From positions 1,600,001 through 1,664,000 of the forward strand of contig OY969724.1 of assembly GCA_963702205.1 (NCBI GenBank): a DNA stretch of 64,000 nucleotides. The letters run 5' to 3'. The translations under genes were made by a program, and so were the position numbers. Under the pieces are notes generated by a model. That model made no database searches, was not told the origin of the DNA, and was given only the letters and a program-made list of their open reading frames with translations. This document shows, piece by piece, positions 10,977 through 20,666 of the stretch (its first letter is position 1; every line of letters starts with the position of its first letter). This DNA comes from an uncultured candidate division Zixibacteria bacterium (lineage in GTDB: Bacteria > Zixibacteria > MSB-5A5 > GN15 > PGXB01).

Positions 10977-12388
10977 TGAATACTCAAACAGACATGCTGA
11001 ATCTCTTCTTGCCCGTGATTCAGGGTACGCCAAAGGGGGGCGCAGCGGCCGACGGTGGAAAATCGCAGCTTGCAGGCGATGATTTTCTGCAGTTCCTGCT
11101 CGGATCGGTGCCGACCGACCCGAATGCTGCGCTTCTTTTGGGTGCCGATGTATCGGGCGAGGGTGATTTAGCCAATCAGGTTTCTGCCGGATCGGAAGAA
11201 TTATCGGATCTTGACATTCTTAATCCTGACAATCAAAAGGGCCTCGTATTCGGGGCGTGGAATTTGAATCCTGATAATAAAGAAGTTACGAATCAGGATA
11301 CAATTTGGGACAAATTTATCGTCTCCAAAGGCTGGCAGGTCGGGCAGGCCGAAAACGCTGCTTTACCGGCAACGGATGGTGCACCGGCCGATGAAAATTC
11401 CAATGCTGGACGAATAGTCGACCCCATGAAAGTTTTCACGGGCAATTCGCCAATGGTGCCGTCCGGAACGCAGTCAAACGGCGGCGGGCAGATAGTCATC
11501 ACGGGAACGATTCAATCCGGCAACGGTGCGACCGTATCCGATGAACGACTGAACCATCTGGCGGAAAATCTGGCGGTGAGTACGGCTGACATTACTCAAG
11601 CGCAACCGGAGCAGAACGACAAGGCAGCCATACTGGACGCCTCGCAAAAGCCGGTCTGGCCGGAGATGTCGCCCATGAAGACGTTGCAGATTCACGATTC
11701 AGAAAAAACAGAATCCGAAAAACCTCTGATAATTGCCGGAGATTCCGAATCGGCAGAAAACGAGGCCGACGGCAAAAATGTCGTCAAGGCCATCAATGAT
11801 GATGTGTCTTCGGGCGAATTGAAAAAGGACGCCAAAGGCACAACGGAAGCGACCCAGGTAAAGTCGTCAGTCAACAGCGTAGACTCATCACGTCCGGCAG
11901 CCCACACTGCCACACAGGCGAGTAAGGTTTTGCCGACGGGAGAGCGGTATGAAGCACCGGCTGTGCGCTTTATCCTTCCTGAAAACTTCAAAGACAACGT
12001 CGTGCGTCCGGGCCATACGATTACTCTTCATATGGAGCCGGATCACCTCGGTTCGGTCCGCCTGACTTTGACGTCGCATCAGGATTCCCTTATCGGGCGG
12101 GTCGTGGTCGACAGCCCGGCCGCCAAAATGGCCGTGGTATCCAACCTGCACGTGCTGCAAAATCAGTTGTCCAATGAAGGACTGAACCTGCAGCAATTCC
12201 AGGTGTCGGTCGGAGGCGAGCAGGCCCAGCAGTTCACCCACGGCAACATGCCTCACGGCAACGGGTCGGCGGGTGCAAATTTGTCAACGTCCGAGCAAGT
12301 CAGCGCCTCATCGGCTGCCGTGCAGTCCGCCATATACGGGGGACAGGGCGGCTATGTAAACGCCGGTGGAGTCAACTGGCTGGCTTAG
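10976..12388 (+). CDS. fliK: Flagellar hook-length control protein
   Basis: Low-complexity body; C-terminal LHMEPDHLGSVRLTL...LQNQLSNEGL domain; upstream of flgD. Confidence 0.88.
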   Translation: MNTQTDMLNLFLPVIQGTPKGGAAADGGKSQLAGDDFLQFLLGSVPTDPNAALLLGADVSGEGDLANQVSAGSEELSDLDILNPDNQKGLVFGAWNLNPDNKEVTNQDTIWDKFIVSKGWQVGQAENAALPATDGAPADENSNAGRIVDPMKVFTGNSPMVPSGTQSNGGGQIVITGTIQSGNGATVSDERLNHLAENLAVSTADITQAQPEQNDKAAILDASQKPVWPEMSPMKTLQIHDSEKTESEKPLIIAGDSESAENEADGKNVVKAINDDVSSGELKKDAKGTTEATQVKSSVNSVDSSRPAAHTATQASKVLPTGERYEAPAVRFILPENFKDNVVRPGHTITLHMEPDHLGSVRLTLTSHQDSLIGRVVVDSPAAKMAVVSNLHVLQNQLSNEGLNLQQFQVSVGGEQAQQFTHGNMPHGNGSAGANLSTSEQVSASSAAVQSAIYGGQGGYVNAGGVNWLA

Positions 12389-12397
12389 GAGGATAAT

Positions 12398-13105
12398 ATG
12401 TCTGACGTAAACGGTGTAACCAACGGCGCGAGCAGTAACATTTTCACCAATGCCGCCACCAACACGCTCGGCAAGGATGACTTCCTTCAGTTGCTGGTCA
12501 CGAAGATGACCAACCAGGACCCCCTGGAGCCGATGAAGGACGAGCAGTTCATTGCCGAACTGGCGCAGTTCTCGCAGTTGGAACAAACCTACAACATGAA
12601 CCAGCTTTTGCAGAATTCCTCGAACATGGATTATCTGCAAATGCAAACGATCAACAACACCATGGCGACCAATCTTATCGGGAAAGACGTGCAGGCGTCC
12701 TACGACAGCGTCTATCTCGGCGACACCGATTCACCTGAGATCAACTACTCGACCGATAAGTACGCCACGGAAGTCAAGGTGACAATAACCAAAAGCGATG
12801 GTACCGTCGTGCGCACCCTGACCGGTGAAGAAGTCGCCCCCGGCGACAATACCATCACCTGGGACGGCAAGGATGAGAATGGTAATCGCGTCGCTTCGGA
12901 CGTTTATTCGGTCTCGATCGAAGCCAGGGATGCCAACGGCGACGACTTCACTCCGTCGACATACGTCCGGGGACTGGTCGAAGGAGTCGTGTACCGCGAC
13001 GGTTCGGCTTTGCTGAAAGTCAACGGTATGGAAATCTCCCTGGCCAACGTCGAACAGATTCTCGACAACGCCGCAGCCGCTAACTCCGAAGAGGACGGCG
13101 GTTAG
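12398..13105 (+). CDS. flgD: Flagellar hook capping protein
   Basis: LGKDDFLQLLVTKMTNQDPLEPM...FIAELAQFSQLEQ; WDGKD Ig domain. Confidence 0.97.
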   Translation: MSDVNGVTNGASSNIFTNAATNTLGKDDFLQLLVTKMTNQDPLEPMKDEQFIAELAQFSQLEQTYNMNQLLQNSSNMDYLQMQTINNTMATNLIGKDVQASYDSVYLGDTDSPEINYSTDKYATEVKVTITKSDGTVVRTLTGEEVAPGDNTITWDGKDENGNRVASDVYSVSIEARDANGDDFTPSTYVRGLVEGVVYRDGSALLKVNGMEISLANVEQILDNAAAANSEEDGG

Positions 13106-13141
13106 GAGGCGACGTAATGAAAACGTCGGAAAGGAAATAAG

Positions 13142-13528
13142 ATGAGAATAGGGGAATTCAATTCACAGGTCAATTTGCTTGATATCGCCTCGCGATCGCA
13201 AGTCGGTCCGAACGCGGCTGAAGAGAAGAAATCGTCGTTCAAAAATGCTTTCTCGAAAGAACTGGCCCGTTCGGCCGACGTGAGCTTTTCCAAACACGCC
13301 CAGGCGCGATTGTTTTCGCGCGGGATTACGATGTCCGACCAGAAACTGAATCAACTGTCTCAGGCTATGGACAAAGCGGCGTCGAAAGGATCGCGGGAAA
13401 CGCTGATTCTCGATGACGATGCGGCTTATGTGGCGTCGGTCGAAAACCGCACGATCATAACGGCCTTCGGGCGCGAGAATTTGAGAGAAGGAGTCATCAC
13501 CTCGATAGACTCAGCCATCATTTTGTAA
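13142..13528 (+). CDS. Putative flagellar operon protein (TIGR02530-like)
   Basis: FSKHAQARL..RGI, KGSRETLIL, NRTIITA, ITSIDSAII; between flgD and flgE. Confidence 0.88.
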   Translation: MRIGEFNSQVNLLDIASRSQVGPNAAEEKKSSFKNAFSKELARSADVSFSKHAQARLFSRGITMSDQKLNQLSQAMDKAASKGSRETLILDDDAAYVASVENRTIITAFGRENLREGVITSIDSAIIL

Positions 13529-13628
13529 AGAAAAAAAGAATGAAAGTAACTGTAAACATCGACCGTAAGACTGGACCCCGTAACGAGACGGGGAGGTCTT
13601 GCCGTACATTTATGGAGGTAAGCCTGCC

Positions 13629-15563
13629 ATGATGGGTTCGCTTTATGCAGGGGTTTCTGGATTAAGAAACCATCAGATGAAAATGAATGTCATCGGTAAC
13701 AACATCGCCAACGTCAACACGATCGGCTTCAAGTCGGGCCGCGTCACTTTTCGGGAAGCTCTCGTGCAGACCGTAAAAGGCGCCGGGCGTCCGACCGCGA
13801 TTTCCGGCGGCACCAACCCGATTCAGATCGGTCTTGGTATGAACGCCGCGACCATTGACAACATTTTTGAACAGGGCGGTCTGGAACTGACCGGCCAGAT
13901 CACCGATATGGCCATTCAGGGATCCGGGTTCTTCGTCCTGTCGGACGGCTCCGGACGTTTCTATACTCGAGCCGGATCGTTCAACTTCGATGCCAATTCC
14001 TACCTCGTTGATCCGTCTTCGGGATATTTCGTGCAGGGTCGCATGGCCGATCCGAACGGCAATATTCTGTCATCGTCAACGACCGGTAACATCCGCCTGC
14101 CATTCGGTCAACAGGACCCGCCGAAAGAAACCGAAAAAATAAAATTCGGCAACAACCTTGACTCTACCGCTACCGATGCTCGTGCGACACTGGTTTCGGC
14201 CGGAACAACCGGTATCGACGCCGTGCTGGGCACGGCCTTTAACGGGGCCGGTGGTGTCCATACTTTGACTATAACCGGCAACCAGGCAACCCGGTCCACT
14301 AACGCCGGGGCCAATATTACCGGTGCGCCGCTAACCGGCAGCATGACCATGACCGATCTCGGCGTTACCGACCCGACCGGTTTTACTTTAAGCGTCGATA
14401 ACAACACGCCGGAAGAAATAATCGGATTGACTTTAAACTCAACCGTCAACGATTTGATTGCATCCCTAAATTCCATAAGCGGTTGTGAAGCGACTCTTAC
14501 GCCCGGCGGCGAAATTCAGATTACCCGTACCAAAGCCGGAACGGGCGGTACCTACAATATTGAAACTTCTCAGGCCATCAACACCGGTGGCAATATAAAT
14601 ATCGTTGCGGCCTTATTCGGAACGGCCGATGGCGGTACTTTTGACGTCAACAACGGCACCGATCATAGCTTTACATGCGTGGACAGTTTCACGTCGACCG
14701 CCGGTTTGACATACCCCAATGAAGTTCTGGACGTTGTCGTCGACGATGAAACCGGACTCGCGACCGGTATCAGCGGTCTGGGCGGAAGTGACGACGTATC
14801 GATCAAGAGTTTTGGCGGTATTTCCGCCGGAACGTGCGCGATCAATACCGAAGATACCATCCACGCCACGTCGATCACGGTCTACGATTCGCAGGGCGGC
14901 AAACATACCCTGACGCTGGATTTCATTCGTACGGCCGACCCCAATGAATGGCGTTGGGAAGCCGGGACCATGGGCAGCGAAGTCATTCGTGGAGGCGGCT
15001 CCGGCCGGGTGACGTTCAACCCCGATGGTTCGCTGCTGTCGTTCGGATTCGACGGCGCGGCGTCGCGCATGACCATCGACCCCAATAACGGCGCGGGTAC
15101 AATGAGCATTGCGGTGGACGCCGGCACGGCCGGTTCGTACGAAGGCCTCACCAGTTTTGAAGCCCCGCACACCGCGTCGATTTTGCAGCAGGACGGCTAC
15201 GGTCTGGGTATTCTGGATCGAATCACAATCGATACCTCCGGGAATATCAACGGTATCTTTACCAACGGCATCAGCCGAGTGCTGGCTCAAATTGTTTTGG
15301 CCGACTTCAACAACCGGGCCGGTCTGCTCAAGGGCGGTCAGTCATTGTACCTCGAATCGGCCAACTCCGGTCCGGCCATCGAAGGTATCGCCGGACAAAC
15401 CATATCCGGGACAATTTCCTCCGGCGCACTGGAATCATCGTCGGTCGATATCGCCCAGGAATTTACCAGTATGATTACCGCCCAGCGCGGTTTCCAGGCC
15501 AATGCCCGAATCATCACGACTTCGGACACGATGCTGGACGAACTGGTTAACTTAAAGAGATAA
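13629..15563 (+). CDS. flgE: Flagellar hook protein
   Basis: SLYAGVSGL...GNNIANVNTIGFK; YTRAGSF; LESSSVDIAQEF...QRGFQANA; GGAGG RBS. Confidence 0.96.
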   Translation: MMGSLYAGVSGLRNHQMKMNVIGNNIANVNTIGFKSGRVTFREALVQTVKGAGRPTAISGGTNPIQIGLGMNAATIDNIFEQGGLELTGQITDMAIQGSGFFVLSDGSGRFYTRAGSFNFDANSYLVDPSSGYFVQGRMADPNGNILSSSTTGNIRLPFGQQDPPKETEKIKFGNNLDSTATDARATLVSAGTTGIDAVLGTAFNGAGGVHTLTITGNQATRSTNAGANITGAPLTGSMTMTDLGVTDPTGFTLSVDNNTPEEIIGLTLNSTVNDLIASLNSISGCEATLTPGGEIQITRTKAGTGGTYNIETSQAINTGGNINIVAALFGTADGGTFDVNNGTDHSFTCVDSFTSTAGLTYPNEVLDVVVDDETGLATGISGLGGSDDVSIKSFGGISAGTCAINTEDTIHATSITVYDSQGGKHTLTLDFIRTADPNEWRWEAGTMGSEVIRGGGSGRVTFNPDGSLLSFGFDGAASRMTIDPNNGAGTMSIAVDAGTAGSYEGLTSFEAPHTASILQQDGYGLGILDRITIDTSGNINGIFTNGISRVLAQIVLADFNNRAGLLKGGQSLYLESANSGPAIEGIAGQTISGTISSGALESSSVDIAQEFTSMITAQRGFQANARIITTSDTMLDELVNLKR

Positions 15564-15574
15564 GGTAAGGTCAC

Positions 15575-15796
15575 ATGATTAAAGTGACGAAACTTAATAA
15601 CGATGAGATTGTAGTGAATGCCGACCTGATCGAATTCGTCGAGGCTAATCCGGATACGATTATCAGCCTCATCAGCGGCAAGAAGATCATGGTCAAGGAA
15701 TCACCCCAGGAGATAATTAAGAGGACGGCGGCCTACCGCCGACTCTCCTGGGGAATCGATCTCAAACAGGTCAAAGAAGCTAACGAGAATTATTAG
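15575..15796 (+). CDS. flbD: Flagellar protein FlbD (SwrD)
   Basis: MIKVTKLN...NADLIEFVEANPDTIISL..GKKIMVKES. Confidence 0.93.
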   Translation: MIKVTKLNNDEIVVNADLIEFVEANPDTIISLISGKKIMVKESPQEIIKRTAAYRRLSWGIDLKQVKEANENY

Positions 15797-15810
15797 CAAG
15801 GAGCGGATAT

Positions 15811-16350
15811 ATGCCTCCGGAAAATGAAAAAAACAACAGGGAAGGAACCGCCGTCGAGGCGGAAGCGGTACCCAAAAAGAAAAAGAGCCTGCCCCCGATC
15901 GTGCTCTATGTTGTCATCGCCGTGGTGATGGTCGGGGTCGGGGTAACGGTCGGAACGAAGTTCATGGGCGGCGCCAAAGCGGATGATACCGTGGCGGTGT
16001 CCGAAGAACAAGCCGGGACAGATAAAAAAGAACACAAAGAGGATGCCCCAACTGAATTGTTCATGGTCAACGACCTGGTCGTAAACCCGGCCGGCACCGA
16101 GGGCACTCGTTTTCTTTCGGCTTCGATCGGTCTGGAGACGTACTCCAAAGAAACCCTCGATCTGATGGAAAAGAGAGAACCGCTCGTGCGCGATGCTCTC
16201 ATTACGATTCTGGGTTCCAAGACGATTGACCAGTTGTCCGATCCGAAACAGAAAGAAATAATTCGTTTCCAGATCAAGAAACGTACCGAGCAGCTGCTGC
16301 ACGTGGACGATCTGTCGGCGGTGTATTTTACTCAGTTCATTTTGCAATAG
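15811..16350 (+). CDS. fliL: Flagellar basal body-associated protein
   Basis: Single TM, VVNPAG...VRDALITILGSK...VYFTQFILQ. Confidence 0.93.
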   Translation: MPPENEKNNREGTAVEAEAVPKKKKSLPPIVLYVVIAVVMVGVGVTVGTKFMGGAKADDTVAVSEEQAGTDKKEHKEDAPTELFMVNDLVVNPAGTEGTRFLSASIGLETYSKETLDLMEKREPLVRDALITILGSKTIDQLSDPKQKEIIRFQIKKRTEQLLHVDDLSAVYFTQFILQ

Positions 16351-16368
16351 GTAAACGAGGATAAGATT

Positions 16369-17361
16369 TTGGCCAAAATACTGACACAGGAAGAAATCGA
16401 TGCCCTGCTGAATACGGTCAGCTCCAATGAACCGGAAAGGGCCGAGGACCCGGGGCGATCGGAGCATATCCGATCGGTCGTCACCTACGATTTCAAGCAC
16501 CCCAACCGGGTGTCCAAAGATCAGGTGCGGACTCTGGAAAACATGCACGATAACTTCGCCGGACATATCGGTTCGACCCTGTCGGCCATGTTACGAACGA
16601 TGGTCGACGTGGACCTGATCTCGGTCGATCAGATCAACTACAGTGAGTACATCATGTCGCTGGTGTCGCCGTCGTGTACCTACACGTTTTCGTCCAAGCC
16701 GCTCGAAGGCTTGTGTGTCATGGATTTCAGCCCGACCCTCGCCTTTGCCTTTATCGACCGCATGTTCGGCGGCGGAGAGAAAATTCTCGAGGTCGAGCGC
16801 GAGCTCACCGGGATAGAAAAATCGGCCATGTCCCGTATTACTCGGCGCATATACAACGACCTGGGCGAATCGTGGAAAAACATGGTCCCGATCGAGATCG
16901 AACACAAGTCGTTCGAGACCAACCCGCAGTTCGTGCAAGTGGTCCCGGCCGGTGAGACGGTTATTGTCGTATCGCTTCAGCTCAAACTGTTCAGCACGAC
17001 CGGTCTGCTGACTATATGTTATCCCTATGTTTCACTGGAATCGATCCTGGGCAAACTTTCGGCCCAGAACTGGATCGACGCCACCAAACGCAAAAACCTC
17101 GAAAGCAATAAAGAAGTCAATCGCGAAAACATCCGCGAGGTCGCCATGGATCTGCAGTTGATTCTGGCTCATTCCAAACTGAAAATGAAAGATTTTATCA
17201 ATTTGAAAATCGGAGATGTAATCACTACCGAACAAAAAATAAACGCGGAAGTCGAGATGAAGGTCGGCAACAGGCTTAAATTTTTCTGCCGTCCGGGTTT
17301 GTACGGTAAACGCCGGGCCGCCCAGATCATGTCGCTCAACCCGGTATTAGGTAAGGAGTAA
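16369..17361 (+). CDS. fliM: Flagellar motor switch protein (TTG start)
   Basis: ILTQEEIDALL, YDFKHPNRVSKDQ, ETNPQF, ICYPY. Confidence 0.96.
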   Translation: MAKILTQEEIDALLNTVSSNEPERAEDPGRSEHIRSVVTYDFKHPNRVSKDQVRTLENMHDNFAGHIGSTLSAMLRTMVDVDLISVDQINYSEYIMSLVSPSCTYTFSSKPLEGLCVMDFSPTLAFAFIDRMFGGGEKILEVERELTGIEKSAMSRITRRIYNDLGESWKNMVPIEIEHKSFETNPQFVQVVPAGETVIVVSLQLKLFSTTGLLTICYPYVSLESILGKLSAQNWIDATKRKNLESNKEVNRENIREVAMDLQLILAHSKLKMKDFINLKIGDVITTEQKINAEVEMKVGNRLKFFCRPGLYGKRRAAQIMSLNPVLGKE

Positions 17362-17367
17362 AAATTC

Positions 17368-17988
17368 ATGGATGAAGAGAAAAACATAAACGAACAGCCG
17401 GAAGAAAGTCCTCCCGCCAACGAGCAGGCCGCCGAGGGGCAGGAAGTCGACGTCGCCGAAGCCGTCGAAGACGCTCCCGCCTCCGACGATTTGCTCAGCG
17501 AAGAAAACGCTCCCGATTCCGATGATAACGCCGACGTCGCGCAAGGTGCCGAAAATGGGTCCGGTGATCCCGAGATGCTTTCGCAGGACGCCATCGATGA
17601 CGCCCTTCAGGGGTACTCGCAAGACGATAAAGCCGATTTGGACGGAACCGGCATGTCACAGGGCGATGATCCGGTGGTCAGACATGCCGATTTTCAGCAG
17701 TTGTCCAATGCGACGGAGGGAATGTCCAGCCGCAATATCGACCTGCTCATGGACGTCGATTTGCCGGTGTCTATCGAACTGGGCAAGACTCGCATGAACG
17801 TGTCGGATATTCTGTCGCTTGGACCGGGGTCGGTGGTCGAACTGGACAAGCTGGTCGGTGAACCGGTTGATCTTCTGGTCAACAGCAAATGCGTGGCCCG
17901 CGGTGAAGTGGTCGTCGTCGATGAAAACTTCGGCCTGCGTATCACACAATTGGTATCGCCGGAAGAAAGGATCAAAAACCTGCAATGA
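17368..17988 (+). CDS. fliN: Flagellar motor switch protein
   Basis: IDLLMDV...VSIELGKT...GSVVELDK..GEPVD...RGEVVVVDENFGLRI; acidic N-terminus. Confidence 0.95.
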   Translation: MDEEKNINEQPEESPPANEQAAEGQEVDVAEAVEDAPASDDLLSEENAPDSDDNADVAQGAENGSGDPEMLSQDAIDDALQGYSQDDKADLDGTGMSQGDDPVVRHADFQQLSNATEGMSSRNIDLLMDVDLPVSIELGKTRMNVSDILSLGPGSVVELDKLVGEPVDLLVNSKCVARGEVVVVDENFGLRITQLVSPEERIKNLQ

Positions 17989-18584
17989 ACCAGACCGCCA
18001 AAAAAGCATTAATCAGCGCTCTGGTCCTGATTGTTCTGTCAGTCGGGCTGGTCTTGACGGGCATGGGCAGCGATAAATCCCAGAAGAACCTTCCTCTGGC
18101 GCAGTCACCGGGTTTAACCGAGACATCAAATGCTCCGGCCGATCTGTCTCCGTTTACGGACGGAGGATCGATGACCGGACCGCTGTTGAAACTGGTCTTT
18201 GCCCTGGGTGTCGTCATCGCCGCGATTTACGGGTTTTTGTTCCTGCTCCGAAAAATGATGGGGCAGAAACACTCCGGAAACCGATCCAACCAGTTGATCG
18301 AAGTAATCGAGACGACCTACATTGCGCAAAAAAGATCGGTCTCGGTTATACGCTTTCACAATAAAGCCATTCTGGTAGGGATTTGCGACGGTTCGATTCA
18401 GCGCCTGGGCGAACTGAGCCCCGAAGAAACGGCCGCGGTACTGACGGAAAAGGCCGAAGTCAACGGTGCCGGTAAGTTCGCAGGGGTGTTGACCGAAGCC
18501 CGAACCCGGCTGAAAAGCTGGAATATGGCGCGCATATTGACGAAAAGCGCAGCGAGGGACGCGGAGTCCCCACAGACGATTTAA
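17985..18584 (+). CDS. fliO: Flagellar biosynthesis protein FliO/FliZ
   Basis: Two hydrophobic segments, IEVIET.YIAQKRSVSVIR...ILVG; between fliN and fliP. Confidence 0.85.
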   Translation: MNQTAKKALISALVLIVLSVGLVLTGMGSDKSQKNLPLAQSPGLTETSNAPADLSPFTDGGSMTGPLLKLVFALGVVIAAIYGFLFLLRKMMGQKHSGNRSNQLIEVIETTYIAQKRSVSVIRFHNKAILVGICDGSIQRLGELSPEETAAVLTEKAEVNGAGKFAGVLTEARTRLKSWNMARILTKSAARDAESPQTI

Positions 18585-18597
18585 CAACTGAATATTT

Positions 18598-18643
18598 GCG
18601 GACAGGACGTCCGCGCAAATAGGATTTTAGGATTTCATAGGAT
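18598..18643 (+). promoter_or_regulatory. Candidate CsrA/RsmA-type operator in the fliP leader
   Basis: GCGGAC-AGGAC-GTCCGC hairpin with GGA in the loop plus AGGA at 18621, 18629, 18639 (last overlaps RBS). Confidence 0.55.
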
Positions 18644-19396
18644 ATGAAAAAGACAGCTACAATACTGGTATATCTCGCCCTGATTCTCGCCGTGGCATCG
18701 GTGATAGGTCAAGCTCAAACTATACCCAGGCTTTCTGTCGAAGTCGGCAAGTCCGATGACGCCAAAGACCTCTCGGTCACTCTTCAAATCGTACTATTGA
18801 TGACGGTTCTGACGCTGGCGCCGTCGATAATCCTGATGGTGACGTCGTTCATTCGCCTCGTTGTAGTCCTGGGCTTTTTGAGGCAGGCAATGGGGACGCA
18901 GCAGCTACCACCCAACCAGTTGTTGTTATCGCTGGCCTTGATATTGACCTTTTTCATAATAAGTCCGGCCGTAACCCAGGGGTACAACGACGGACTGAAG
19001 CCGTACCTTGACGGTGCGATAACCAAGGAAGAAGCCATCGAAAAAGGCACGGCGCCGTTCAAGAAATTTATGCTGGCCCAGACCCGGGAAAAAGATCTGG
19101 CTCTGTTTGTCAGCCTGTCCGAAACCGAACGTCCCGAAACACGGGAAGATGTGTCGTTCACGGTCCTTATCCCGGCTTTCGTGCTGTCCGAGCTTCGCAC
19201 CGGCTTCCAGATCGCGTTTTTGATTTTTGTCCCGTTTCTGGTGATTGACATGATCGTGGCCTCGGTGTTGATGTCGATGGGCATGATGATGTTGCCGCCA
19301 ATTATGGTGTCGCTGCCGTTCAAGATACTTTTGTTCGTCATGGTCGACGGCTGGTATTTGCTGGTCAAATCTTTGGTGGAGTCATTTTATAAATAG
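18644..19396 (+). CDS. fliP: Flagellar export pore protein
   Basis: LTLAPSI..MVTSFIR...RQAMGTQQLPPNQ; MGMMMLPP..SLPFKILLFVMVDGW. Confidence 0.98.
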   Translation: MKKTATILVYLALILAVASVIGQAQTIPRLSVEVGKSDDAKDLSVTLQIVLLMTVLTLAPSIILMVTSFIRLVVVLGFLRQAMGTQQLPPNQLLLSLALILTFFIISPAVTQGYNDGLKPYLDGAITKEEAIEKGTAPFKKFMLAQTREKDLALFVSLSETERPETREDVSFTVLIPAFVLSELRTGFQIAFLIFVPFLVIDMIVASVLMSMGMMMLPPIMVSLPFKILLFVMVDGWYLLVKSLVESFYK

Positions 19397-19406
19397 GGAA
19401 TAGTTT

Positions 19407-19670
19407 ATGTCCGCAGAAATGGTCGTAATGCTCGGTCGTGAGGCGATTGTCGCCATGCTGACGGCGTCGGCTCCGATGTTGATTGCCGGTCTGGTGGTCG
19501 GTTTGCTGATTTCGATTTTTCAGGCGATCACCCAGATCAACGAAATGACCCTGACTTTTATCCCCAAAATTGTCGCGGTGGCGCTGGCCTTGTTAATCTT
19601 CCTGCCGTGGATAATAAACCTCCTCGTTTCTTTCACCATCCGTTTCTACGGAATGATCCCAAGTCTATAA
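19407..19670 (+). CDS. fliQ: Flagellar export protein
   Basis: GLLISIFQAITQINEMTLTFIPK. Confidence 0.98.
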   Translation: MSAEMVVMLGREAIVAMLTASAPMLIAGLVVGLLISIFQAITQINEMTLTFIPKIVAVALALLIFLPWIINLLVSFTIRFYGMIPSL

Positions 19671-19812
19671 ATTCCATGCTGTTGAAAAACTTTCCAGACG
19701 ACTGGTCAAAAATTTCTCAATGGAACCGCCGGCCAAAATCCCGTGTCTTTTTATGCGTTCTTAAGTAGCTGACTCTCAATAACATAACGAATTCTAAGAA
19801 GCCTTCGGGCTT

Positions 19813-19827
19813 TGGCACAGGGCTTGA
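19813..19827 (+). promoter_or_regulatory. Sigma54 promoter upstream of fliR
   Basis: TGGCAC-AGGGC-TTGA, nearly identical to the 10104 element, 42 bp before the start. Confidence 0.8.
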
Positions 19828-19868
19828 TTAAAGTCTTGACGACAAACCCGTACTATAGGTAAAGAAGA

Positions 19869-20657
19869 TTGTTTGAATTCGTTACATACGGCGCAGAAAA
19901 ACTTCAAATTTTCCTGATGGTCACCATCAGAGCGGCCGGGATGTTCGTCATGGCTCCGGTGCTTGGCGACAAGGCCATCCCCCCGATGATTAAAGCCGGA
20001 TTCGCCATTTTGTTGGCGATCGTTTTGATTCCGGTCGCATCGCGGGTGGCCCTGCCTCCGGTTGATTCGATCTGGCAGCTGGTCTTGTTTGCCATCAAGG
20101 AATTTCTGGTCGGAGCGATCATCGGTCTGTTTTTCACCCTGTTGTTTGTCGGGGTGCGCATGGCCGGGGATATTGTCGGGTACCAGATCGGCCTGATGAT
20201 GGCCAACATCATGGACCCCAACACCAATTCACAGCATTCACTGGTCAGCGAATTTTATTATCTGCTGGCCGTTTTGATATTCCTGGCGATCGACGGTCAT
20301 CAGGCGGTCATTTCCGCCCTGGCCGACAGTTTCAAATTGATTCCGATCGGGACGTTCGCCGCCGACGGCACGCTCGGCGAGCAGTTGATTCGTTTTACGG
20401 CGCACACGTTCATTATCGGCTTGAAAGTCGGCGCGCCGGTAATCGTGACCCTGTTCATGACCAGCGTCGCGCTGGGGGTCGTCGCGAGAACGGTCCCGCA
20501 GATGAACATCTTCCTGGTCGGCATACCCCTGAAGATCATCGTCGGGTTTGCCGTCATGGCGGTCGCACTGCCGATCACCAAGTACGTCATTGTCAATTCA
20601 TTGAACTATCTGAACGAAAGCGTTCTCGGCCTGATGCAAGGGGTCGGGGCGCATTAA
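19869..20657 (+). CDS. fliR: Flagellar export protein (TTG start)
   Basis: AGDIVGYQIGL..ANIMDP; FLAIDGH; ARTVPQMNIF.VG.P. Confidence 0.96.
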   Translation: MFEFVTYGAEKLQIFLMVTIRAAGMFVMAPVLGDKAIPPMIKAGFAILLAIVLIPVASRVALPPVDSIWQLVLFAIKEFLVGAIIGLFFTLLFVGVRMAGDIVGYQIGLMMANIMDPNTNSQHSLVSEFYYLLAVLIFLAIDGHQAVISALADSFKLIPIGTFAADGTLGEQLIRFTAHTFIIGLKVGAPVIVTLFMTSVALGVVARTVPQMNIFLVGIPLKIIVGFAVMAVALPITKYVIVNSLNYLNESVLGLMQGVGAH

Positions 20658-20666
20658 TGGAAGACT

